NCBI RefSeq assembly: GCF_018350175.1
Contig: NC_058368.1
Coordinates: 151,468,001-151,532,000, forward strand
Length of the DNA stretch: 64,000 bases
Source: Felis catus
Taxonomy: Eukaryota
Reading direction: 5' to 3'
The translations under genes were made by a program, and so were the position numbers. The notes beneath the pieces were generated by a model, which worked only from the letters and a program-made list of their open reading frames with translations, had not been told where the DNA came from and searched no databases. Position 1 is the first letter of the stretch; the number at the start of each line of letters is the position of its first letter. Shown in pieces: positions 52,491 to 64,000 of the stretch.

Positions 52491-52976
52491 TCTGTTTTTT
52501 TTTGCATTTGAAAACAGTATTGCTCTTCCTGTCTGGTTCATGTTTGCAGGAAGGACAATATGACATAATCTTTTTCTTCTTCATTTCTAATGGGGAAGGT
52601 GAAAAGAATAACTTCTATTCATTGAGTGCTTTCTATGTGCCGGGAACTGTTTTCAGTGAGTAACTTAAGTTATTTCTAGCCCTAACAAAATCTCTTAGAG
52701 GTAGGAATTATTATCTTTCCTTCTACAGATAGAAAACTAAAGCTATGGTGATAATAATTTCCTCAAAGTCACAGAATAAATTTATATAGCTCCAAAGTCA
52801 GAAATCTATCTGTGACACCATATCTCAAAATGTTTATTTATAGGAATTGTTTTCTTTTGGAATTGGATGTAAATTAAATATATGCCTAGTTCATTAGTTA
52901 TATCATTCATTCCATAAATTTATATCAAATACTCACAATATGTTAGGAAATCAAAAAATAAAAATGATCCCATCTA

Positions 52977-53104
52977 GAGGCATCTGGGTGGTTCAGTCCA
53001 TTGAGCATCCAACTCTCGATTTCGGCTCAGGTCATAGTCCCAGGGTTGTGGGATTAAGCCCTAAATTGGGCTCTGCACTGAATGTGAAGCCTGCTTAAGA
53101 TTCA

Positions 53105-53157
<53 letters not shown>

Positions 53158-53262
53158 CCTCCCTCCCTCCCTCCCCCCCATCTCTTTCTCTCTCCCCCCA
53201 CCCCTCTCCCCTGATCTCTCTCTCACTCTAATAATAATAATAATAATAATAATGATAATAAA
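52977..53262 (+). mobile_element. Older CanSINE with expanded (CT)n/(CCCT)n tract and (AAT)n tail
   Basis: Diverged head 'gaggcatctgggtggttcagtcc' followed by microsatellite tracts. Confidence 0.93.
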
Positions 53263-53284
53263 TATTTAAAAATACCTAATATGA

Positions 53285-53501
53285 GGGGTGCCTGGTGGCT
53301 CAGTTGGTTAGGCGACTGACTTCGGCTCAGGTCATGATCTCACAGTTCGTGAGTTCGAGCCCCGCGTTGGGCTCTGTGCTGACAGCTCAGAGCCTGGAGC
53401 CTGCTTCAGATTGTGTCTCCCCTCTCTCTACCCCTCCCCTGTTCATGCTCTGTGTCTCTCTGTCTCTCAGTAGTAAATTTAAAAAATTAAAAATAAATAA
53501 A
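53285..53501 (+). mobile_element. Felid CanSINE
   Basis: TSD taaaaatacctaatatga at 53267-53284 and 53502-53519. Confidence 0.98.
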
Positions 53502-55749
53502 TAAAAATACCTAATATGAAACTTAAGTGTATAACTGTTGTATTACTTGCTGTCTGAATTCTGAACATCCCTTTTTGGGGGGAGAAAATCCTCCACTGCA
53601 TTAAATCCTGGTAGGAATCTGTGTTTTGCCTTTGATTACCAGAGCTTAAGAGGCTTCCTTTCCTCCTACTCCTTAGGCTGTTGGAGCTCCAGGATATAGT
53701 GAAGGCTCTGGCTCCCAGAATTAGGATACTGAAGATAAGATGTAACAATCAAGGAGTAGTTGATAAATTACTAAAGAAGATGCATTGGCATTAAGAATGC
53801 AGAGGCAGTAGTGACACTTGTGGACTTGTATCCAGATTGCTTTCATCTTTCAACCTTGGCTGTAATTGCAGTTGGCTACCTTCCCTTGGTCCCTGGCCCC
53901 TTTTTGAGATGGGTTCTCAAATTTCCTGTTGATCCTGTGAGCCATCTGATATCCTTCAATAAATTCATTTTCCATTCAAGTAAGATAAAATGCTTTTTGA
54001 TGCTTGTACATCAGAACCCTGGCAAATTCAGGGAAGTAAGACATGTACAGAGTTAGAAAAAAATAAACAATAACAACCAGTTATATAGCATGAGTCAGTA
54101 GAAAAATATAATGTTATAGAAGTGCAGACTGTGACAAGATAATTGGTATTAATGCAGTATTTGGCATAGTTGACCTTAGAGTAGACTATTGAAAGATGGG
54201 CATGAGAAGGCAAAGAGATGACAAAAGTAGGCTAAGGGGAACAGTGAGAAGCCCAAATTGACTAAAGCATAGAGTCTGTAGAGGAAAATAAGGGCAAATG
54301 AAGTTATACTAGAAAGTGTTCCTCTCCTCTTCTTTAAGCCTAACCTTTACACAGCATCCATTCCCTTTCTGGATTCTATTATTTTGCTTTCTTCTTCCTA
54401 TTTCCAGTGTCTGTCTTTACTTACTTGTCTTACTCCATCCTACAAATACTCATTCTTTAGTCTTCTGGCATCTTGAAAAGACAAATATATACATTTGTAT
54501 TATGTTTCCTTTTCTCTCAAGCTACTACCTGTTTCTTTTCTTGCACCATTTAACATCTTTACAGAACAGGCTACATTTTATTTCTCCATCTCTTTTTTAT
54601 TTTACTTCTATCTTTTTAAAAGAAACAATGTATAGATACTGCTAAATCTTTCTCATCTTGTCTTCCTTCCCAGAAGTGACTACTGTCTTTAATTTGATGT
54701 GTTTACATTTGTTACACGAATGACAAATATTTATTCATAAACAATATATTCCTGCATTATTAGTATGTTTAATAGTGTAATATAATATGTATGGTTTTGT
54801 AGTTTGCTTTTTCACTCAATATTTTTTGAGTTGTATCTTGTCTTATGTAATAATTTAGTTCCTTCATTTAACTGCTAAATATTTCTCTGCTGCACTACTC
54901 ACTTCTCAGTCTTTTGAGTATTGGCTTCCTCCTGTAGTTATCACCTAGTAACTGTAGGTATCACTTCAAACTGCTTCCTTAAAAGTCATCAAATCTAATA
55001 GGTTTTTTTAATTCACTATTTTTAATTCATCCTACACTTGGTACTGTTAATTACCCCAGTTTCCTTGAAATTCCCTCACCTTGACTTTGTGAAAACATAC
55101 CTTTCTTTAAATCTTTGTTTCTTCCCCCTTTTGTTGTCTAAATGTAGGTGTTCCACAAAGGTCTATATTCAGTTTGTTTTCAGTTGTCTGCTGGACATTG
55201 CCAGCTGGGTGTCATGCTTGGCCTAAATTTGCACTTTTTCCTCTCCTATTTGTTCCTCCTTCTCCACTTAATATTTAAGTGGTGGTGGCACCATCTTAAC
55301 AATCATTCAGGCTCAAAATCTTAGAATGATTTATAAGGCCCTTGGGCCTCATCAGTTGCCAGGACCTGCAAATTACTGTTCCATTCATTCTGCCAAATTG
55401 GTTCTCACTGCCACTACCCTAGTTTACACCCCATGACTCCTAGGCTTCTCACAATAGCATAACTTGTTTGCCTGCTCCTAAGTGTCTTTTTGCTTCCTAA
55501 GCATCCTCTATCCTGCTTGATTAATTTTCCTAGAGCACAATTCTTTTCATAATATTTCCCTGTTTGAAAGCTTTTAGCAGCTATACGTTGCCTATAATAT
55601 AAAGCCTAAACTATAATCTGGAATTCATGCTTCTCTGAAAATTGACTTGTTTACCTCTCCAAACTTGTTTATCACTTCTCCAGTTAATAGGCTACATGTC
55701 TATCAGATGGAACCTTTCACCGTTTCTGTACTTGTCTATATGGTGTACC

Positions 55750-56390
55750 TTAAAGTGTGGTAACAAACTACCTCAAAATCTCAGTGTCTTAAAATAACAA
55801 AGATTTATTTCTCACACATGTTGTGTAGTCATTTTAGGTCAGCAAGTGTGTTCTCTCTTCATTGCAGTCACTCAGAGACCTAATCTAAGGGAGTATCCAC
55901 CATTTTATTTTAAAAAAAAATTTTTTTTTCAGCGTTTTTATTTATTTTTGGGACAGAGAGAGACAGAGCATGAACGGGGGAGGGGCAGAGAGAGAGGGAG
56001 ACACAGAATCGGAAACAGGCTCCAGGCTCCGAGCCATCAGCCCAGAGCCTGACGCGGGGCTCGAACTCACGGACCGCGAGATCGTGACCTGGCTGAAGTC
56101 GGACGCTTAACCGACTGCGCCACCCAGGCGCCCCAGTATCCACCATTTTAAATGTTGCTGGCCACCATATCATGGGGAAGAGTGGAAAAAACTTTGCAGG
56201 GTTTCAAGCAAGATTTTAAATTTTATGGCACAGAAGTGCCAAATGTCGCTTCAGTTCACAATCCACTGGCCAGAATTAGTAATTTGGGCCTAACTAAACA
56301 TAGGAGAAGGTAGGAAATGCACACCTACCATGTGGAACAAGGAGAAGGAAACTAGCTTTTGGCGAATAGGACAAATGACCACTGCAGGTC
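55750..56390 (-). mobile_element. Old MLT1-type LTR, interrupted by a CanSINE
   Basis: 'gtaacaaactacctcaaaatctcagtgtcttaaaataacaaagatttatttctcac' and 'ccactggccagaattagt'. Confidence 0.75.
55908..56134 (-). mobile_element. Young felid CanSINE
   Basis: CpG-rich; TSD agtatccaccatttta at 55892-55907 and 56135-56150. Confidence 0.99.
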
Positions 56391-56807
56391 TCAGAAGCCA
56401 TTTCCATCATTTCCCTGCTATGGGTCTTCACTCATGGGATTTAAAATATTTTTTTTGTTTTCTCCCCTATTCAGATCATGCTGATTCTTAATATTTCAGT
56501 GCAGCTATCATCTCTTCAACAAATTGTTTCCCAATCTTTGAAGATAGATATATTCCCCCCTCTTTTCTAATTTCCCATAGATTTTATTTTGAGAAAATCA
56601 TTGTTTTCTTTTGTTGTGTATTTAGATCCTAGAGGTCAGGAGTCATGTTTTATTCACCCTGAACACAAGATTCTTTTCATTTAACACATAAATCTAATCA
56701 GAGTATATTCTAATCACTTGGAGATACGTTTTTTTTTTTTTTTTGGCTGCCTTCTTTTATTGCCTATTTATGGAGGAGATGTTTTATTCCTTGTATTATG
56801 TGTAAGG

Positions 56808-56808
<1 letters not shown>

Positions 56809-56845
<37 letters not shown>

Positions 56846-56925
56846 TTATATGTATACATATGTATATGTATATGTATATATGTATGATATATGTATATTT
56901 ATATATCTTATGTATATATACATAT
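56809..56925. repeat. (TA)n / (TATATG)n microsatellite
   Basis: Read directly. Confidence 0.95.
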
Positions 56926-57925
56926 AGTTAGCAGATCCTAGCTACTATGGTATAAATATAGAGTACATTAATTATGAATCTGCCTTATTCTCACTCTTCT
57001 CACTCTGAAATTGCTGGCACTGCTATTATAACTCTTTTTACTCCTCTTTTTTGATAAATGGTGTATTTGACCATTGCCCTTTGGTAGCAGTGAGATAGCC
57101 AGTCTAGAGATATTTTGTAAGTGAAATATTTTAAAGGATGTTCATAAAAGAAAACTGACAAGAGGAAAGACACAGTAGTGAAATCCTGTCCTTCTGGCCT
57201 TCCTTCCTCTTTCCTTTACCAAAACATTTATTGGATACTTGTTTTGTGTCTCGTATTATAAAAAGGTACAATGTTGTATTAGTTACAGACCCTAGCTTGG
57301 GGAGATCTTAAATTCCAGAAAGAGGAATGACACATAGAACCTCCCTCTAGTAACTTACGTGGAAATCACTATTCCCCAACTGTATGCCTGGCCAGTGTCC
57401 ACCCACGTTTTAAATCTCAGCTTAGATGTTTTGTCCTATGAGAAGCCTTCCTTCATTTCTCAAGTTTAATCTAGCACTTTAATAGTACTGTGGATGGAGT
57501 GATTAATTATTTTTGAAGGAAAACCTGAGAGAAGGTTTTACAGAGATGATTGAAAAATGCCTGAAGAATGAATAGGAGGAGAAAAAAAGAAAAAGCAAAA
57601 ATGAAGGCAATTATGCCCATCCAAAGGGGCCAAATGATTTGTTGAACACAGGAATATATGAGTATATTAGTTTCACTGGAGCTTAAATTATATTAAAAAA
57701 AATGTTATGTAAAAAGAGGTTGGCAAGTGTGTAGGAACCCAATTCTGAAGGACGTATGTGCCATACTTGTGGGAAACTTCTAAAGGATTTGCAGTTACAG
57801 GATCAGATTTACTTTTTAGAAATATCACTTTTGCTTAAATGCAGAGAATGAACTTGAGGCAAGTGATATTGAATGCAGAACTATTAGAAGACATTTCCAA
57901 AGCTTAAGAAAGAGATGATTAGATT

Positions 57926-57928
<3 letters not shown>

Positions 57929-57968
<40 letters not shown>

Positions 57969-58178
57969 TTTTTTTGAACGTTTATTTATTTTTGGGACAG
58001 AGAGAGACAGAGCATGAACGGGGGAGGGGCAGAGAGAGAGGGAGACACAGAATCGGAAACAGGCTCCAGGCTCTGAGCTATCAGCCCAGAGCCCGATGCG
58101 GGGCTCGAACTCACGGACCACGAGATCGTGACCTGGCTGAAGTCGGACGCTTAACCGACTGCGCCACCCAGGCGCCCC
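57929..58178 (-). mobile_element. Young felid CanSINE with (TAAA)n tail
   Basis: TSD agatgattagatttta at 57913-57928 and 58180-58195. Confidence 0.99.
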
Positions 58179-58688
58179 TAGATGATTAGATTTTAAAGTG
58201 ACATGGGGTTACTTTGGAAATAACATGGAAGGGTATACAGAAGAGGAAAATAGAAGGTTAGGTGAAAAAATAAAGGACAGATATTTAGGAGGAAAAAAAA
58301 AAGAGAAAATATGTGGTGATAGCTTGCTTATAGTAGTCAAGGGAGAAGACAATGAACATGTTATTTACTTTTCTGACCAGGAAGACTGAATGGGTGAAGA
58401 CCACAAATTGAGAGAGACAAGACTGGAGGGAAAGTAGGTTTTGAAGTTAAATTAGTTAAATGGGGAACCCCAACTTTCTCTCTGAAGGAAGGATGCACAT
58501 TTACCGTGGAGAATAAAAAGGAGCTGGTTAGGGTTTTAAGTGGAGTGACACATGTTTTGAATTACTAGTGAGGGAAATGAAAGTGGGGAGCTAAGACAAG
58601 TAAAACTTTTATGAGCAGTGGGGAGAGCAGGCTGGAATTAAGGATGGAAACATGCCGTGGCCCCAGTCAACAGAGCTATATTACTATG

Positions 58689-58908
58689 ATTATGATTATG
58701 ATTATTTTTTAAATTTTTTATTTTTAGAGAGAGAGTGTGTGCATGCATGAGCTGGGAAGTGGGACAGCTGGAGGGTAAGAGAGAATCTCAAGCAGGCTCC
58801 ATGCTCAGCGGTAGCCATATACAGGGCTCGACCTCGTGACCCTGGGATCATGACCCGAGCTGAAATCAAGAGTCGGTTGTTAAACTGAATAAGCCACCCA
58901 TGTGCCCC
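58689..58908 (-). mobile_element. CanSINE (older variant)
   Basis: TSD cagagctatattactatg / cagagctgtattattatg. Confidence 0.95.
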
Positions 58909-59787
58909 CAGAGCTGTATTATTATGTTTAACCAAACCCAGCCTCAGGGTACTAAGGTGGACAGTTTGTATTATTGATCCAGGGTGGAGAGATGTGACAA
59001 AAGGATGTCACTACAAGGAGTAGGAAAGGAAATGAGGCAGTTATGGAATACCATGGGATATGAGGAGTTCTAAGGACTCTACAAAGTAAAAGAGAAGTAA
59101 AAAGAAAGTGGTTCCAGAAGGGAGATAGAAAGAGAACATGTGCTTAAAGACCAGGAGAGCAGAATTTCTGATTTCTAAAGTGAAGTTTTAGTTTTTGAGA
59201 AGGCCCAGGAGGAGACATAAAAAAAAAGGTAGGAAAAAAGTGGAGGTCAAGCTCTCTGGAATAGGAGATTATTGTTGAGTGTGAAAGGGTATTGGAGAGT
59301 TCTTCCATATGGATATTGCAATGTTCAGCATAATAACAACTATTCAGGCATAAGGAAGCTGTGATCCAGGTGACAACTCCCATGAATATTGTAGCTCCAG
59401 CCTGGAGGCCAACAGATCCCATATACAAGGAGGGTATGTTTATGAACAAGTAAACTGGTCTTCAGTGCAGGAGGATTTTATCTTTTGGACTAGAGTGTAA
59501 GAATAAAAAGGTCTCAGGAGAAACCTAAACTTTTTTAAACAGAAAGGTCAAAATGAGGAGGGGGAAGGGGGCAGTTCATCACTCTTCCAGTTGCATGATA
59601 CTGCAGTGTAATAATGAAACATCTTTATTTAAGTGTGCTGTAAGAAAAGTATTGCCTTTGGGGAAAAGCCAAATTGGAATTGAGAGGGAACATTTTGTGT
59701 TCCGTAAAGAGATTGAAGGTATAATATTTATATCCTGGGATTCAGAAAGAAAAAGAATTGGGAAGGTAGAAGAAAGAGCAGATACCA

Positions 59788-60310
59788 TATAAATGGCCCA
59801 AGATAGCCCCTGTGGCTCCCATGTTGTTTATTTCTTTACAGTAGGTTAGGAGCATTGGCCCAAAGCCTGCTAGCACCAAACTCAAATTCATATACATCTA
59901 ATTGCTTTAAAGACAGACCAAATAGGCATATGTTTAGTTATTTCGGATCTGCCTACTTTACACAGCCTTTGAAACTGCACCCAAAGTCTCCTAGCCATAG
60001 ATAAACTGTAGCTATTAAGGACTTCATACTGCAGCTGCCCTTTGGAGCTCTCTGACCCAGAGACTCCTCACTTTGTTACTTGTGGCATCACCTTGACATA
60101 CAAAACCCTTCTTTGGTTTCTCCTTCTCTTTTAGGATGTCCTTTGCCCTAGGTCCCTCTGGATGGTGGACTTGTGTCACTGACTCTAGGTCTTTTGATGG
60201 GAGACTTCTTCTTTAGACAAATCTGTCCAAGTACCACCCAACCTTCTTGCATGTTACAACCTCTCATGGTCCTACCTCTTGATCAGTTACAACTGCTTGA
60301 ACTTTTCACA
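59788..60310 (+). mobile_element. Probable ERV solo LTR, family not assigned
   Basis: About 520-bp block of distinct composition with LTR-like layout, ending 'ttcaca'. Confidence 0.5.
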
Positions 60311-60878
60311 GCAGAGAGGACAAAGCAAAGAGCCTTACTGATGGTAGTCAATTATAGGGATGGGTAACATGGATGTGATTGACTGACCCTAAGCTTTCAA
60401 ACTTTAGGGCATAATTACTCTGATGCTAGACCTTTAGGGGCACAATATGATTAGAAATCTACAGGGGCTTCTTTCTGGTACTAGGTGTTATAAAATATGA
60501 ACACAAAATCAATTTAACCAAGGAAAATATAATACTAACTGATAAATAGGGATGTCTTAACCTCTAATTTTTAGAGAAATTAATGCTAATTATGGGGGGA
60601 AAGATTGTAATTAATACTATATGCTCCAATTAAATTGATGTGTTCCTAAAAATGTCCCTGAAAATTTACATATTGCAATACATGTTTTATGAATAACCAA
60701 TTTATATAGATTTTTATACACATTGGGGGAAACTGCAGTTTTGAGAATCCTATAAGGTATCCTTTTGCAAAATGAAGCTTGTGTATTTAAAGGAAGGCAC
60801 ATAGGGAAGTTTTGAATTAATACATGGTTATCAAATGCTAATACAGTGATTGTAAAAGTACATTCAAAATAGAACTTA

Positions 60879-61341
60879 GTATTTGTAGTTTCCTATTGCT
60901 GCTGTAATAAATTACCACAAACAGTGGCTTAAAAACTGATCCATTCTCTTAAAGTCTAAAATGGGTCATAGAGGCTAACATTAAAGTATCAACAGAACTA
61001 TGTTCCTTCTGCATGCTCCAGGGGCAGACAGACTTCCTTGTCTTTTCTAGCTTCTTGAAGCCCTCTGCACCTTTGGTTCAGGGCCCCTTCAAAGTGTATC
61101 ACTCCAGCCTCTGCTTCCATTCTCACATCTCTTCTCTGTGACTGTGACCCTCTGCCTCCTTCATATAAGAATCCTTCTGTTTACACTGGGCTTACCACAT
61201 AATTGGAATAATCTCCCTTTCTCAAGATCCTTAATAACATCTGCAAAACTCCTTTTGCCTTGTAAATTAACATATTCATAGGTTTCAGGGAATAGGATGT
61301 AAACATCTTTGGGGTGGGGAGCATTATTCTGTCTAATGCCC
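60879..61341 (-). mobile_element. MLT1C/D-like MaLR solo LTR
   Basis: Minus strand reads 'cagaataatg...aaagatgtttacatcct...cctgaaacctatgaatatg...tttgcagatgttattaaggatcttgaga'. Confidence 0.9.
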
Positions 61342-61455
61342 ATTTTGGAGATCAAAGTCCTTTGGGATAAATGTAATTATTAGTAACTTAAAGTTTTTAA
61401 TTTTTTTTAAACGAAATCTTTGAAAGAAGAGTGAGCATTAAAGTTTTACTTTTAA

Positions 61456-61635
61456 GGGGAGCCTGGGTGGCTCAGTCGGTTCAGCATTGGACTCTTGGTT
61501 TCAGCTCTTGGCTCAGGTCATGATCTCATGGTGTGTGGGATCGAGTTCCCATGTTGGGTTCATCGCTGACAGTGATAGCATGGAGTTTGTTTGGGATTCT
61601 CTTTCTCCCTCACTCTTTGCCTCTCCCCCACTCAT

Positions 61636-61684
<49 letters not shown>

Positions 61685-61696
61685 ATAAATATTTTT
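61456..61696 (+). mobile_element. CanSINE with (CT)n expansion
   Basis: Head 'ggggagcctgggtggctcagtcgg'; (CT)n at about 61639-61681. Confidence 0.97.
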
Positions 61697-61714
61697 TAAA
61701 AAGTTTGACTTTAA

Positions 61715-61930
61715 GGGGTGCCTGGATGGCTCGGTTGGTTGGGGGTCCGACTGTGGCTCAGGTCATGATCTCACAGTTCAAGGGTTCAAGTCCCACATTG
61801 GGCTTTGTGCTGACAGCTCAGAGCCCCGGAGCCTGCTTCGGATTCTGTGTCTCCCTCTCTCTCTGCCTCTCCCCTGCTCACATTCTGTCTGTCTCTCAAA
61901 AATAAAATAAACATTAAAAAAAATTTTTTT
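61715..61930 (+). mobile_element. Felid CanSINE
   Basis: TSD taaaaagttt(g/c)actttaa at 61697-61714 and 61931-61948. Confidence 0.98.
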
Positions 61931-62741
61931 TAAAAAGTTTCACTTTAAGATTTTATAATGATTATTATTTGAATCTCAAAACACTTCTCAGGATTATCTG
62001 CCCCATATTATACAATTGAAACTCAGTACCAGATTGTATGGCTGTTTAAATAAGGGGTGAGTAAGTGGATTTAGATAAAATAAGAAACAATGTGATCCTT
62101 TGTACAAAATGTTTCTTAAATTCTTATGGTTCTCCTTGAAAGGAATTTCCCCCCAAACTCTGAAGATACATAGTTGGGTGTATTTGGAACTCAAAACATC
62201 ATTTAGAAATAAAATCATGCTTATCAAAGAATATCGGTTGAAGTGTGTGTTTGCATGTGTATATACGTGTATGTTTGTGTGTGTGTTATATTTATATAAA
62301 TGTGTGAGTGTGTGTTTGTGGTGATAAATAGGTGTGCCAAGGGGGCATTATAAAGATACTTCCCAATCCATTTAAAATAATTAAGAACTGGAGTTCTCAG
62401 TGCTGGAGTTTATACGCACAAGTTTTACAGCCTGAGTAGTGTCCTCTTGTAACTGCAAGGGTTCCAGTTCTATTCCAATCTCTCCTGGCTGTGTTTCCTT
62501 TGGGCCTGAAACTTGCATTGACAGAGAGCTGGTTAATATGACCCATAGGTGAGGTAAATAATTCCTTGCATCAACTGGGTTCTCAAGATAGTCAGATCAT
62601 TCTGAGATGACACATGAGGGCTGACAGAGCTTTTGTGTTTACCAAATGGAGGTGAATTTAGCTAGAGCAAGAAGGGATAAGTTTGGATAGCAGCAAGTCA
62701 GGGGCAGGAAGTACTCCTGAGCTCTGCTTCTTTAAGTTTTT

Positions 62742-63026
62742 TGTTTTTTGTTTTTTGTTTTGGATTTTTTTTTCAATATATGAAATTTATTGTCAAAATG
62801 GTTTCCATACAACACCCAGTGCTCATCCCAAAAGGTGCCCTCCTCAATACCCATCACCCACCCCCCCTCCCTCCCACCCCCCATCAACCCTCAGTTTGTT
62901 CTCAGTTTTTAAGAGTCTCTCATGCTTTGGCTCTCTCCCACTCTAACCTCTTTTTTTTTTTTTCCTTCCCCTCCCCCATGGGTTTCTGTCAAGTTTCTCA
63001 GGATCCACATAAGAGTGAAACCATAT
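62742..63026 (-). mobile_element. Young felid L1, 5'-truncated to about 285 bp of 3' UTR
   Basis: 'tttccatacaacacccagtgctcatccc...catcaaccctcagtttgttctc'; perfect TSD tgcttctttaagttttt at 62725-62741 and 63027-63043. Confidence 0.96.
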
Positions 63027-64000
63027 TGCTTCTTTAAGTTTTTAAATGTCCATCTGAAGGCAAATTAAATCTCATAAATCCTGAAATTCAACAATATAAT
63101 AATAGTTGTTTTCACCAAAATCACAGTTATTAATTTACTGCATAATCCTAACCAGTACTCTTTAGTTCATTTTTGTGAAATAGCAGCTAAGTCATAAAAA
63201 CGCAAGTTCTTTGCTTTGTGTTTTAAATTGATGCTTGAAAATATGCTTGTGCTATGATTGTCTGCTGAAATTTCTTAAATTAATGTATTTCCTGAACTTA
63301 GATTTTAAAACTTTACAATATCAAAATTTTTAATAGAAAAAATACGTATTTTTAAAGAAAATAAGTAGGTAGGTCAATGTAAAGGCTTCTGTCACACTTT
63401 TTGAAAGTTTAATTCTTTGTCAATGTACCATTCTTCCTAAGAATAGAATACTAATAATCTCTGCCTGTAGAGGATCATGAACACTTGGTAGTTAATGAAA
63501 ACTAACTATGAAAAAAAAAAAAAACTAAATCCAACACTTTTTCCTATCTAATTATCTCAGCATAATTAACTGTTTGCTAGATTTAGCACCCAAATCATTT
63601 TTTTCTAAACTTAAATTTCATAATCCTTTTGATTACACAAACATGATAGTCTATCATATATGTGAACTAGACAGAGTGCATAAGGAATAATTAGGTTCCC
63701 CTTGGATTTCTTTCTTTAACTTTATCACCATGCCCCTAAACTTCAAATACAAATTTAAAATATTGCTTCATTTCAAACAATCATAGAATCATTATTTCTT
63801 CCTTCTCACTAAAATGCAGTGTCTAAAATGCATCTAAATAAAAACAAAGAAATCACACATCTGAAGATAGATAATTAGTGCTTTTGCTTGAGAAAGATTT
63901 ACCCATTCTCAAGATATGTTTCTGTGTCCACTGCAATCAGTGTTAATCATTTGGGTATCTCCAAACACTTGATCAGACATTCCCATTTTACCTCTAAAAG

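Noticed and set aside
4129..61905. Recurrent ORFs with 'AQVMIS', 'ETEHERGRGRERGRHRI' or 'GSEPGACFRFCVSL' that look like a protein family
   Set aside because: All are translations of CanSINE copies, not genes
408..61930. tRNA-like A/B-box sequences
   Set aside because: They are SINE heads followed by CT tracts or A tails with TSDs, not tRNA genes
1..64000. CRISPR array, operon or other prokaryotic system; CpG-island promoter
   Set aside because: No regularly spaced repeats with unique spacers and no gene-dense ORFs; CpGs cluster only in young SINEs

Overview
AT-rich, CpG-poor mammalian DNA from a cat-family genome, identified by its felid-type CanSINEs and a young felid-type L1 3' end. It reads as a very long intron or intergenic DNA. 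I can support no protein-coding gene, RNA gene, CRISPR array or CpG island. The ORF-track entries are SINE/L1/LTR-derived or chance ORFs; the only recognisable protein fragment is L1 ORF2 reverse transcriptase (27729-28001, -). Content: 27 tRNA-derived CanSINEs (15 minus, 12 plus, most with readable target-site duplications, TSDs), several L1 fragments of different ages (the large ones all minus), old L2/MIR, MaLR/ERVL/ERV LTRs, hAT DNA transposons (MER5A, MER5B, MER58, MER63-like) and microsatellites. Best leads: a candidate 27-nt microexon (30862-30888), a candidate terminal exon with a SUMO-type motif and AATAAA (39400-39582), two SINEs stacked at one target site with three TSD copies (61439-61948), and a very close inverted SINE pair in which one copy lost its tail (10717-11086). 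I found no convincing previously undescribed biological system. Family names come from recalled consensus sequences, not a database search, and boundaries of old repeats are approximate.
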